A stretch of 64,000 bases of DNA from Octopus vulgaris (lineage: Eukaryota), in the NCBI GenBank assembly GCA_951406725.2, contig OX597840.1, positions 30,628,001 to 30,692,000 of the forward strand. Direction: 5' to 3'. A program made the position numbers and the translations under genes. Positions 25,572-38,267 of this stretch are shown piece after piece. The notes below the pieces were generated by a model. It saw only the letters and a program-made list of their open reading frames with translations. It was not told the origin of the DNA and did not search any database. The stretch's first letter is position 1; each line of letters starts with the position of its first letter.

Positions 25572-26246
25572 CAGCTAAGTACTGAGGGATGAGTTGATTG
25601 ACTGTAACCCATCTCCTTACAAATGTCTGGCTTTGTAGTTACATTATGTAGAATCAATATATATTAATAACGAAAATACTTTAAAGATTCCTCTCTCTTT
25701 GAATATCGGTCCAAATTCCATACATAATATAACACACTTGAGCGATCATTCTTTAATGAAGAATCCATCTCCGTTTCCATCATTCTTCATCAAAATCACT
25801 TACTTCATGTATGACTTGTCATATAGAAACGGTTTGGCACCGTGTGATGTTTTGTTATTCAAACACAAAACATTCTCACCATTGAAATCAAGATAATATT
25901 CTGCAAGACTCTGCTAATTCTATTGTATGAAGAAAAACCAGAAAATTAATATTTTCTCGTACGTACATTGTGTGTGTTCTGTGCTGTGATTGGCTGGGTG
26001 TGAGTTGTGTTGTTGGGTGTTAGTTTGGACCTGTTGTGCAGGGTGCGGTACCACAATCAGGGCAAGATGTATTCTTTTCCACTTTTATTGGGAATAGGCT
26101 TCATTCATTGGAATGCGGCCATGCTAGAGCATTGCCTTAACCAGTTTTAATCAATTCTATTGACCTTGCTTCCCCACCACCAAGCACAAGTATTTTCTCT
26201 GGCTTATATCAAAATATTATTATTATTATTATTACTATTGAGGACA

Positions 26247-26932
26247 TGTAGTGGTTAAGTGTATATGTAAACAAATACATAAACAGATTTATGGTTGAAA
26301 ATTATTTATTTACAGTGTTAGTTTAGTCATTGGTCACTACCTACAAAATGCAGGCAACTGCTACGAGTTGCTAGAAATACAGAGTACATATTAGAAATGA
26401 ATATGTTTGTGTGTGTGTGTTTCATTCAAAACGGTAGTCGATCGGCACTTTTAGCATTTCCCTCTGTCTCTGTCGTCTGCCAAAAGCTTGGGTCGTAGAT
26501 AGATCTATCTCATCTGTCTGCTCCCGTCTCTGCTGAGATTGTCTGCTGTCTCTCCTGTTTCACCCTTGTATTTATAATATTTGTGACAGCTAGAAAAACA
26601 GACATACTGCCGCAGAGACAGTGCCTAAGTAGGTCAGCACTTGTCCAGTTGAACTTAGCCTGACATGGCTGAGGTCACAGGTCAAAGGGAGATGATCAAT
26701 CACTTTTTGACAGAACAAAGCAAATCTTCTTTTCACGCCTGTTGGTTGTCGTGGTTTGGGCGACCGAGGATTCTTGGATTCGGTTTCGAATCTAGGCTTA
26801 GAGAAGGAAGTGCTAATTCTTACAGACAGAAAAGAAAAGGAAATCAAAATCTGAACTGAACTGGGTGTAAAGAGACATACCCAAGATAGACAGAAATAGC
26901 ACAGGGTATCTTTTTGTCTCTCACCGATAACA
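26247..26932 (-). mobile_element. Probable solo LTR (686 nt)
   Basis: Termini TGTAG...TAACA. On the - strand TATAAATA (about 26569-26576) precedes AATAAA (about 26305-26310). Flanks GACA and GATG are both derivable from a GACG TSD. Confidence 0.55.
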
Positions 26933-27234
26933 GATGTGTGTGTGTGTGTGTGTGCATACATGTCCTCGCCATTGTTGTCGTCGGCATCATAACATTCGCT
27001 TCCCCATGCTCTCCTGGGTTGGAGGGAATTGTTTTCTAGAGGCTGATCTTCTACTGCTGGATGCCTTTCCTGTCATCAACCCTTGCCTGTTAACAAGTAA
27101 AGTAGCATTTCCCCCTGGTTAAATAGTTTCCATGGAAAAACTGGAAATTAAGATCACTGCAGTATGAGGGTGACACTCTTTTACAACTGTCACAGAATAT
27201 CAAGACTAGGAAATATTGACTCACAAGAAGCCTA

Positions 27235-27281
<47 letters not shown>

Positions 27282-27487
27282 TTTGTGTTTCTGTCTCCAG
27301 AGAGGACAAACAAGGACAGACAAACGGATTAAGTCAATTCTATTGACCCCAGTGTGTAACTGATACTTATTTAATCGACCCCGAAAGGATGAAAGACAAA
27401 GTTGACCTTGGCGGAATTTGAACTCAGAACGTAGCGGCAGACAAAATACCTCTAAGAATTTTGCCCAATGTGCTAACGTTTCTGCCA

Positions 27488-28150
27488 GCTCCAGTACTAT
27501 ACCCAAAGCCCAACTGAGAACTGCTCTCTGATTGGTGCAATCTAACCAATGAAAAAACAGTAAAAGACAGAAAAAATTCAGTTAGGTATTTTATGAGTAG
27601 ACTGTTACATTGATGAGACCATCTGGAACCCTTGATATCTTAACCAATGGAATGCCAGTACTATACCCAAAGCTCAACTGAAAAGTACTGCTCTCTGATT
27701 GGTGCAATTTAACCAATGAAAAAATGGCAAAAGACAGGTAAGAGTTCATCCTCCTCCTCATCATCATCGTTTAGCGATCGCTTTCCATGGGTTGGATGGT
27801 TCAACTGGGGTCTGGGAAGCCATGGAGGCTGCACCAGGCTCCAGTCTGATCTGGCAGAGTTTCTACAGCTGGATGCCCTTCCTAATGCCAACCACTCTGA
27901 GAGTGTGTAGTGGATGCTTTTTACGTGCCACCGGCACAGGTGCCAGGCGAGGCTGGCAATGACCACGATCGGTTCAGTTAGGTATTTTATGAGCAGACCA
28001 TTGATCAGACCATCTGGAACCCTTGACATTGTAACCAATGAAATGCCAGCTCTATACCCAAAGCCCAACTGAGAAATACTGCTCTCTGATTGGTCCAATT
28101 TAACCAATGAAAAGATGGTAAATGACAGGAAAGAATTCAGTTAGGTATTT
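27488..28150. repeat. ~165-nt tandem repeat (about 2.6 units) split by a family C insertion
   Basis: ccagtactatacccaaagcccaactg...ctgctctctgattggtgcaatttaaccaatgaaaa at about 27491, 27655 and 28046. The insertion at 27748-27972 is flanked by gttca. Confidence 0.85.
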
Positions 28151-28436
28151 GGTAGAACCTGTATATCACAAATCAAGATATCCGTAGTTCTCGAAGATTA
28201 AAATCAATGATAAATCTTAATCTTTGAGCAAAACCATAAGGATGCTGACAAGCACAGCAAACCTTTGATATTTGAAACCAGATAATCGGATTAGCAGAGT
28301 TCTCTGGAATTTGCTTCTAAGCTGTAATGTTTGGATTGTAAGTGGGACTTTAACTGTGGCACAACATTAACTAATCTCTCTGCAAGTTTGCGAGTACATG
28401 CATGTGTGTTTCCATATATATATATATGTATATATA

Positions 28437-28486
<50 letters not shown>

Positions 28487-28524
28487 TATATGTATGTATG
28501 TATATACATATATATATATGTATG

Positions 28525-28556
<32 letters not shown>

Positions 28557-28744
28557 TATATATTTATATGTATTTATATATATATATTTATAGAGAGAGA
28601 GAAAGAGAGATAGACATATACTCATATATATACATATTACATACATTATATATACATATATATATACACACACACATATATGTATATATATATATATATA
28701 TATATTGCTGAAGTGCTCAAGAATTCTATGATCAGAATAAGGTA

Positions 28745-29665
28745 GGAGTGACTGCGATGCTTATATTGATGGTAATGGTGACTGTGGTGGTGGTGGTGGT
28801 GATGGTAGTAGTGACGGAAAGAGTGGTGATTGAGATGCTTATGGTAGTGGTGATGGTGGTGATTTTGGTGCCGGTGGGGTGGGAGGAGATATTGGTGACA
28901 TTGGTATCATCAATAATGGCACTGGGGGTGGGGGTGGGGGTGAAATTTGTTGAGGCAGATGGGTAAGATTGTTGATAGTGATGATGGTGGTGGTGGTGGT
29001 GGTGGTGAGTGGTTGTCATGAAAAATTAGATTACAACGATGATTATGATGATGATGGTTGCAGTAGTGATGGTGATGGTGGTGGTGGTGTTTGTTAGCTG
29101 TATTGACCAGCGTAATTATGACAATAGTAGCAACAGTGGTGATGGTGGTGGTGCTGCAGTGGTAGTGGTGGCACAGCAGGGGCAGTAGTGGTACTGCAGT
29201 GGCAATGGTAGTGCTGCAGTGGTGGTGCAGCAGTGGTAGTGGTGGTGCTGCAGTGGCAGTGGTAGTGCTGCAGTGGTAGTGGTAGTGCTGCAGTTGCAGT
29301 GGTAGTGCAGTAATGGTAGTGGTGGTGCAACAGTGGCAGTGGTGGTACTGCAGTGACAGTGGTAATGCAGCAGTGGCAGGGGCGGTGCAGCAGTGGGAGT
29401 GGTAGTGCAGCAGTGGGAGTGGTAGTGGTAGTGCAGCAGTGGCAGTGGTAGTGCAGCAGTTGCAGTGGTAGTGCAGCAGTTGCAGTGGTAGTGCAGCAGT
29501 TGCAGTGGTAGTGCAGCAGTGGCAGTAGTGGTGGTGATGACAGGGATAGTAATTTTTGGCTGCAATGGACAATGAGATTATTATTATTATGATGATGTTG
29601 ATGATGATGATGATGGTAGTGGTGGTGGCAGGGATGAAAGACGGCTGTAATGAACCAGATTATGA

Positions 29666-29699
<34 letters not shown>

Positions 29700-29835
29700 G
29701 GTGGTGGTGGTGGTGGTGGTGGTGGTGGTGGTGGTGGTGGTGGTGGTGGTGGTGGTAGTAGTAGTAGTGGTGGTGGTGGTGGTGGTGGTGGTGGTAGTAG
29801 TAGTAGTGGTGGTAGTAGTAGTGGTAGTAGTAGTG

Positions 29836-29876
<41 letters not shown>

Positions 29877-29901
29877 GGTGGTGGTGGTGGTGGTGGTGGT
29901 G

Positions 29902-29962
<61 letters not shown>

Positions 29963-29967
29963 TAGTG

Positions 29968-30017
<50 letters not shown>

Positions 30018-30018
30018 G
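28745..30018. repeat. Compound (GGT/AGT)n array with a 20-nt subrepeat tgcagtggtagtgcagcagt
   Basis: Read directly; the 20-mer is perfect three times at 29461-29520. Confidence 0.9.
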
Positions 30019-30630
30019 ACAGGTGCCTGCACTGACTGCCACATCCAATACCTATTATGCCCAATATAGTTGGTGGGAGCAGTAGATAATGTCACCGACC
30101 GTGATATCATTAATGACCTTTGACCACTTCTTCAAGACAGATGTCAAGACTAATTATCATCAAATGCTTCGAAATTATCTACTGAACTATGGAGACGAGT
30201 GGTATTACATTTCTTCTAAAGACAGCTGCAAACGAAGGCAAATATTTGGTTGTTTCTAGCAGTTTCTTTCACCATGTAGTGGTGTACTTTTCAAACATTT
30301 ACGATTTTGGACCCCTTTCTTTTAATAACATTTTTTAATGTCCCACTCCTAACTACAATTCAGGCAAAATTAAATTTACCATATGTGCATAGGTATATAT
30401 ACTCTTTTACTTGTTTCAGTCATTTGACTGCGGCCATGCTGGAGCACCGCCTTTAGTCGAGCAACTCGACCCCGGGACTTATTCTTTGTAAGCCCAGTAC
30501 TTATCCTATCGGTCTCTTTTGCCGAACTGCTAAATGACGGGGGACATAAACACACCAGCATCGGTTGTCAAGCAATGCTAGGGCGACAAACACAGACACC
30601 CAAACACATACATACATACATATATATACA

Positions 30631-30931
30631 CTAGCAGTATCACCCGGCGTTGCTCGGGTTTGTAAGGGAAATAACTATATAAGCATTTTTAGAGAGTTAC
30701 TTCCCTTATATAATAGCAAAAAATGCATTAAAAATGGAAAAAAATGATGGTAAATTTTTTTTTAAATTGTAGACTCATCGTAGACGTGCGCTAATACCCA
30801 GAAGGGCTCGATGTGAATCACGACTATAAGATACCCGCTTTTGGTTAAACTGCACCACAAAATGTGGGAGTAGTTAGGAATCTAAATCGTAGGAGACAGA
30901 CACCACACAACTACAGTTTTATATATAAAGA
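30631..30931 (-). mobile_element. Non-autonomous Helitron (301 nt) inside a SINE B microsatellite
   Basis: The - strand reads A|TCTTTATATATAAAAC ... aacccgagcaacgccgggtgatactgCTAG|T. Confidence 0.88.
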
Positions 30932-31098
30932 TATATACGACGGGCTTCTTTCAGTTTCCGTCTACCAAATCCACTCACAAGGCATTGGTCGGCCCGAGGC
31001 TATAGTAGAAGACACTTGCCCTAGGTGCCACGCAGTGGGACTGATCCCAGAACCATGTGGCTGGTAAGCAAGCTACTTACCACACAGCTACTCCTGCG

Positions 31099-31147
<49 letters not shown>

Positions 31148-32329
31148 TACATCAGTCAGAATGTCAAAATAATGCTACAGGTGCAGTGGTAGCCTTTATT
31201 GCATGTATGGAAACCTTTTCATCAGGAAGGAAAGTAATGCCCTTGTCCCTTTACAGTGTTTAGGAGAAATGTGGAACCGAGGGAGGAAAATATCCTCAAA
31301 CTCAAAATTTGGCATTAATGCTTGCAGCAGAGTGACCTAACCCTTTTGTTACCATATTTCTGTCTTTCATCATCATCATTATCATCGTTTAACGTCTGCT
31401 TTCCATGCTAGCATGGGTTGGACGATTTGACTGAGGACTGGCAAACCAGATGGCTGCACCAGGCTCCAATCTTGATCTGGCAGAGTTTCTACAGCTGGAT
31501 GCTCTTCCTAACACCAACCACTCCGAGAGTGTAGTGGGTGCTTTTACGTGCCACTGGCACGAAGGCTAGTCTGATGGTACTGGCAATGGCCACACTCGAA
31601 ATGATGTTTTTTATGTGCCACCTGCACAGGAGTCAGTCCAGCGGCACTGGCAATGACCTCGCTCGAATGTTTTGTTCACGTGCCATTTGCACAAGTGCCA
31701 GTAGGGTGACGCTGGTAACAATCATGCTCAAATGGTGCTTTTTACGTGCCACCGGCATGGAAGCCAGACAGGTGCTCTGGCAGTGATCCCACTCGGTTGG
31801 AGCTTTTAGTGCTCCACTGGCACGGGTGCCAGTCATCAAATTCGGTCCAATTTCGATTTCACTTGCCCCAACAGGTCTTTGTTTAATTTTTAAAATAATG
31901 AAGTCTTTAGTAAAATAACATCATTATTTAGTTGGGGTCTGGAATAAATTAACATGAAATTTGGATGGCAGATTTTAATTCAGACTACTTGTAGGGCCTC
32001 TCTATGTCATAGAACCTGGATCGATCTCAGGTGGGTTGGTATATGTAGTATGAGGGTAACGTAATGTGAGGAACAGAATACAGTTCTCTTACATCTCAGT
32101 TTTGGCTGTCCAGCTGTGTTCAATCCAGATGTGCCCTACCCATCTCACCCATCACTAGTAGCTACTGCTAAAACCCCGTCTCACTCATGCGTCCACATGT
32201 GTCTGTTCACCACAACTGCCTCAGTGCCAAAAAGGGCCATGCTGATCCTACTTCCCTTACGTTGTTGCTCCCTCTTCCAGTGGGGCCTCTTATCCATTAC
32301 TGCCCTTTCCTTCCTGTTTGCTTCATCCC

Positions 32330-34475
32330 CGCAGTATCAAAAGAGCTTCCTTCGCTCCCCATGGAAAGTAGATCATCAAAAACCTTTCCCCACCGTTCTC
32401 GGCTTTCTACCGTTTTCTCTGCTTCTTTCTCTTTGGATTCCCGTTTTTACAGCTCTACCTCCGTTTCCTATCTTCAGCTATTTTTTAGGGCTTTCTCACT
32501 TTTCTCCCTCCCTTCTAGGTTCCAGGTCAGGGCCTGTGTAATCTTCAGCAATTTTTAGGGCTTTCTCACTTTTCCCCCTCCTTCATAGGTTCCAGGTCAG
32601 GGCCTGTGTAATCTTCAGCAATTTTTAGGGCTTTCTCACTTTTCCCCCTCCTTCATAGGTTCCAGGTCAGGGCCTGTGTAATCTTCAGCTATTTTTAGGG
32701 CTTTCTCACTTTTCCCCCTCCTTCATAGGTTCCAGGTCAGGGCCTGTGTAATCTTCAGCAATTTTTAGGGACTTTCTCACTTTTCCCCCTCCTTCATAGG
32801 TTCCAGGTCAGGGCCTGTTGTGTAATCTTCAGCTATTTTAGGGCTTTCTCACTTTCCCCCTCCTTTGTAGGTTCCAGGTCAGGGCCTGTGTAATCTTCAG
32901 CTATGTTTAGGGCTTTCTCACTTTTCCCCCTCCTTTGTAGGTTCCAGGTCAGGGCCTGTTGTGTAATCTTCAGCTATTTTTAGGACTTTCTCACTTTTCC
33001 CCCTCCTTTGTAGGTTCCAGGTCAGGGCCTGTGTAATCTTCAGCTATTTTTAGGACTTTCTCACTTTTCCCCCTCCTTCATAGGTTCCAGGTCAGGGCCT
33101 GTGTAATCTTCAGCAATTTTTAGGGCTTTCTCACTTTTCCCCCTCCTTTGTAGGTTCCAGGTCAGGGCCTGTTGTGTAATCTTCAGCTATTTTTAGGACT
33201 TTCTCACTTTTCCCCCTCCTTTGTAGGTTCCAGGTCAGGGCCTGTTGTGTAATCTTCAGCTATTTTTAGGACTTTCTCACTTTCCCCCTCCTTTGTAGGT
33301 TCCAGGTCAGGGCCTGTTGTGTAATCTTCAGCTATTTTTAGGACTTTCTCACTTTTCCCCCTCCCTTCTAGGTTCCAGGTCAGGGCCTGATGTGTAATCT
33401 TCAGCTATGTTTAGGGCTTTCTCACTTTCCCCCTCCTTTGTAGGTTCCAGTTCAGGGCCTGATGTGTAATCTTCAGCTATGTTTAGGGCTTTCTCACTTT
33501 TCCCCCTCCCTTCTAGGTTCCAGGTCAGGGCCTGATGTGTAATCTTCAGCTATGTTTAGGGCTTTCTCACTTTCCCCCTCCTTTGTAGGTTCCAGGTCAG
33601 GGCCTGATGTGTAATCTTCAGCTATGTTTAGGGCTTTCTCACTTTTCCCCCTCCCTTCTAGGTTCCAGGTCAGGGCCTGATGTGTAATCTTCAGCTATGT
33701 TTAGGGCTTTCTCACTTTTCCCCCTCCCTTCTAGGTTCCAGGTCAGGGCCTGATGTGTAATCTTCAGCTATATTTAGGGCTTTCTCACTTTCCCCCTCCT
33801 TTGTAGGTTCCAGGTCAGGGCCTGATGTGTAATCTTCAGCTATGTTTAGGGCTTTCTCACTTTCCCCCTCCTTTGTAGGTTCCAGGTCAGGGCCTGATGT
33901 GTAATCTTCAGCTATGTTTAGGGCTTTCTCACTTTTCCCCCTCCCTTCTAGGTTCCAGGTCAGGGCCTGATGTGTAATCTTCAGCTATTTTTAGGGCTTT
34001 CTCACTTTTCCCCCTCCTTTGTAGGTTCCAGGTCAGGGCCTGATGTGTAATCTTCAGCAATTTTTAGGGCTTTCTCACTTTTCCCCCTCCTTCATAGGTT
34101 CCAGGTCAGGGCCTGATGTGTAATCTTCAGCAATTTTTAGGGCTTTCTCACTTTTCCCCCTCCTTCATAGGTTCCAGGTCAGGTCCTGTGTAATCTTCAG
34201 CTATTTTTAGGACTTTCTCACTTTTCCCCCTCCTTTGTAGGTTCCAGGTCAGGGCCTGTTGTGTAATCTTCAGCTATTTTTAGGGCTTTCTCACTTTCCC
34301 CCTCCTTTGTAGGTTCCAGGTCAGGGCCTGATGTGTAATCTTCAGCAATTTTTAGGGCTTTCTCACTTTTCCCCCTCCCTTCTAGGTTCCAGGTCAGGGC
34401 CTGATGTGTAATCCATGATGTTGGTTTCCTCAATATGTGGCTTATCCATCTATACAGAATTTGCTGCCCCACATT
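32330..34475 (-). mobile_element. RTE-clade LINE 3' fragment hosting the minisatellite
   Basis: The - strand reads RWISHILRKPTSWITHQALTWNLEG before the array and ETEVEL*...EAEKTVESRERWGKVFDDLLSMGSEG after it, matching the RTE C-terminal pattern WIGHxLRK..ITRQALxWNPxG...AxxRxxW. Confidence 0.75.
32470..34413. repeat. Minisatellite, 27 units of 70-73 nt
   Basis: Unit aggttccaggtcagggcctg(atg/ttg)tgtaatcttcagc(t/a)atttttagggctttctcacttttccccctcc(ttcat/tttgt/cttct). I counted 27 occurrences of the core tccag(g)tcag between 32521 and 34388. Confidence 0.97.
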
Positions 34476-34900
34476 TTTTGGCTCCCTAAGGGAAGGCCTT
34501 CCTCTCTTCGGTGTTGTTGGTTATGAATTATTTTTTTGTCTCTTACTTGTTTCGATCATTTGGCTGTGGCCATGCTGGGGCACAGCCCTGAAGGATTTTA
34601 GTTGAACAAATCAATCCCAGGGCTTATTTTTTTAATGCCTAGTACTTATTCTATTGGTCATTTTGGTCAAACCGCTAATTTATGAGAACGTAAACACACC
34701 AACACTGGTTGTCAAGCAGTGGTGGGGGACACACATGGACACAAAGGTACACACAGATATACATATAGGGAGATATATATGATGGGCTTCTTTCAGCTTC
34801 CTTACAATTTCCTTCAACTAATTTTCCACTTATAAGTACTTTCTGTTTTAACTCTAGTCTACAATAACAGCAAAAGACAGTCAGTGCTTGTCCAAGGTAC

Positions 34901-35129
34901 CTATTTCTTTATTACCCACAAGGGGCTAAACACAGAGGGGACAAACAAGGACAGACATAGGTATTAAGTCGATTACATCGACCCCAGTGCGTAACTGGTA
35001 CTTAATTTATCGACCCCGAAAGGATGAAAGGCAAAGTCAACCTCGGCGGAATTTGAACTCACAACGTAACGACAAGCGAAATACCGTTAAGCATTTCGCT
35101 CGGCATGCTAACGTTTCTGCCAGCTCTCC
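34901..35129 (-). mobile_element. SINE family A monomer, young
   Basis: TSD gcttgtccaaggtac at 34886-34900 and 35130-35144. Confidence 0.92.
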
Positions 35130-35894
35130 GCTTGTCCAAGGTACCACACATGTACCAAGGAACCAGGGTACCACATAGCAGAACCAAACCAAAATCAAAT
35201 GGTTGGTTCCAAAACAGATCTTCTCAACCACAATGCCATTCCGAAACCCAGAAGATCATGAAGACTTTTAATGAAACCACTCTGACATAACAGTAATAGC
35301 AGTACCAATTCCATTGTCTCGAAGACTTTTAAATCTATTTGTTAAGAAAATTCTTTCTCAAAGACAGTAATTCCATTCTTCTTCGCTAATAAATTACATT
35401 TATTTTACCATTTTTATTTCAAACATGACAATTCACTTTCCTCTTTCGTATCTTAGATGCAATCTTTTTGTACACTTCATTTGTCATTATGAATTATTTA
35501 GAATATGTCTGCTTTCGACTCTGTTCAGCTCAGATGGTTATATGTGTGTGTCCGTGTGTCCGTGTAGGTGTATACATGCGAATGAGTATGTGTGTCTGTG
35601 TTGATGTGATATTGCGTCTGTCTAAGTGTAATGTGCATAAGTATTAGGCACCTGTGTGTATACCTGTATATGATACACATTACACACCTGTGTGTTTGCT
35701 CGGATGTCTGTACATATTGGGTGCATATTATAGGTGCAGGCATAACTGTGTGGTAAGAGGTTTGCTTCCCAACCACATGGTTCTGGGTTCAGTCCTACTG
35801 CATGGCACCTCAGGCAAGTATCATCTACTATGAACTCAGACTGATTAAGCCTTGTGAGTGGATTTGGTAGATAGAAACTGAAAAGAAGCCTGTC

Positions 35895-35925
<31 letters not shown>

Positions 35926-35991
35926 AGTGTGTGGGTGTATGTGTATGTATGTATGTATGTATGTATATATATGTATGTATGTATGTGTATG

Positions 35992-36022
<31 letters not shown>

Positions 36023-36323
36023 ATATATAAATTGCTTTTGCCATATGTGTGTGTGTGTTTGTGTGTGTGTTTATCCCCCCAGCATCGATTGACAACCAAT
36101 GTTGGTGTCCTTACGTCCCCATAACTTAGTGTTTTGGAAAAAGAGACCAATAGAATGAGTCCTGGGGTTGATTTCTTTGACTAAAAGGTGTTGTTCCAGC
36201 ATGGCCGCAGTCAAATGACTGAAACAAGTAAAAGAGTAAAAGAATAAAAGAATATATCTATATAGAAAGATACAGCAATTATTCCCAACCAATTTTCTTC
36301 TATCATTTATTAAAATCTATACA

Positions 36324-36915
36324 AAGGCAACGAGTTAGCTAAAATTGTTAGCATGCCAGAGAAAATGCTTAGCGGTATTTCGTCTGTTGCTACGTTCTGA
36401 GTTCAAATTCTGCCGAGGTCGACTTTGCCTTTCATCCTTTTGGGGTCGATTAAATAAGTACCAGTTTCGCACTGGGGTCGATATAATCGACTTAATCCAT
36501 CTGTCTGTCCTTGTTCGTCCCCTCTGTGTTTAGCCCCTTGTGGGTAGTAAAGAAATAGGTATTTCGTCTGCCGCTATGTTCTGAGTTGAAATTCCGCCGA
36601 GGTCGACTTTGCCTTTCATCCTTTTGGGGTCGATAAATTAAGTACCAGTTATGCACTGGGGTTGATATAATCAACTTAATCCGATTGTCTTTCCTTCTTT
36701 GTCCTCTCTGTGTTTAGCCCTTTGTGGGTAGTAAAGAAATAGGTATTTTGTCTGTCTCTGCATTCTGAGTTCAAATTCCACCGAAATCAGCTTTGCTTTT
36801 CAACCTTTCAGGGTCGATGAAATAAATACCAGTTGACCACTGGGGTCAATGTAATTGACTAACCCACCTCCCATGAAATTTCAGGTGTTGTGTCCTATAG
36901 TTGATAGGATTATAA
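36324..36915 (+). mobile_element. SINE family A trimer whose last unit has the alternative (older) tail
   Basis: Junctions gaaataggtattt at about 36552 and 36736. The final unit ends ...ctcccatgaaatttcaggtgttgtgtcctatag. Confidence 0.82.
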
Positions 36916-37259
36916 AAATACATAGGATTTTCTTTTGATGATGGTGGCTTTGGTAAAAGCACTGTTGTCTTTCACACCTATGTACTCTTTGTTTGACCTA
37001 CTAAAAACAATACCTAAATTCCATCAGATCACATACCACTGTCATGACAATAGGAAAGGCACTCCGAGAAATACTGATTAGTGAAACAGTACTTATAACC
37101 CACATAGGCAAAAACACTGCACAGTATTTTAGGTCAAATGCTAGACTCTTTGAAAAAATATCAAAAAGTTTATCTCTGCAATATGACATTATGTAAAGTA
37201 ATCAAAATGTGTTGTGTTAACGAGTTGAATTAATTATGAGTAGTATAAATAAAAATATA

Positions 37260-37509
37260 AACGTGCCCTTTTAAAGCCTAGCCAGGCTCATGGGCCTGGT
37301 TTCCCGGTTTCTGTGGCATATGTGTTCCCCAGCTGGACAGGATGCCAGTCCATCGCAGCGTTACTCATTTTTGCCAGCTGAGTGGACTGGAGCAACGTGA
37401 AATGAAGTGTTTTGCTCAAGAACACAATGCATCGCCCAGTCCAGGAATCGAAACCACAATCTTACGATCATGGTGCTGACACTCTAACCACTAGGCCACG
37501 CGCCTCCAC
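37260..37509 (-). mobile_element. tRNA-derived SINE family D, full length
   Basis: The - strand reads gtggaggcgcgtggcctagtggttag (box A) ... ggtttcgattcc (box B) ... ttgagcaaaacacttcatttcac ... gcgatggactggcatcctgtccag. Confidence 0.82.
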
Positions 37510-37589
37510 AATTATGAGTAGTAGAGAAATTATTGTTAATCAAGTTTTATTGATCCTTTTCATACTGAAGGCACCAAGCTGGTGTTTGT

Positions 37590-38234
37590 ATTGAGCTGGC
37601 CAACTGGGAGGAGACCCAGGGGGAGACTAAGGACAAGATCGTTGGATAATATACCACTAATGTAGCTAGAGTGTGTGCTACCTGGGGCAGCCTTTCTGTT
37701 TGCCTCCCCTGGACCCCCACAAAAACCACATATTGCCTACAGCAGACCCAAAAGTGGGGCCTCTTTAAAAGTGCTGCCCAGGGCAGACCACCCCTAACCC
37801 CTAGCGACACCAGTGTAATATACATAGTCTTAGCTCTTCATGCCTGGGAATCCATCCAGAAAATCTTATGATGGTTCTTTCCAGCAGTAGGGGTAGAATG
37901 AAAATAAATTGGGTGGATGATATCTATGGTCTCAGCTCTGGGAATCCAGCAGGAAAGGGTGATGACAGCTGCTTTTAATAGGGGCCTGTAGATGAGGTGC
38001 TTAAGGACTCTAGTCTCATGATGCTTCTGGGAATTGTAAGCAGGGAAAATGGAATGGTAGATATTGCAGCATTTTGATGATTTAATTTGTGTTGGGCACC
38101 AAACTGGTCCTTATACTGGAGCCACCAGCTGGCAGGAGACCCAGGGGTAGACTAAGAATGGGGTAGTTGGATAATATACATAATTTTAGTTGGTTGTACT
38201 TGGGAATCCGGTAGGAAATTGTAATGGTGGTTGC

Positions 38235-38267
<33 letters not shown>

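Noticed and set aside
32470-34413. Regular ~70-nt periodic array resembling a CRISPR array
   Set aside because: The whole unit repeats with no unique spacers, there are no cas genes, the context is eukaryotic, and the unit derives from a LINE.
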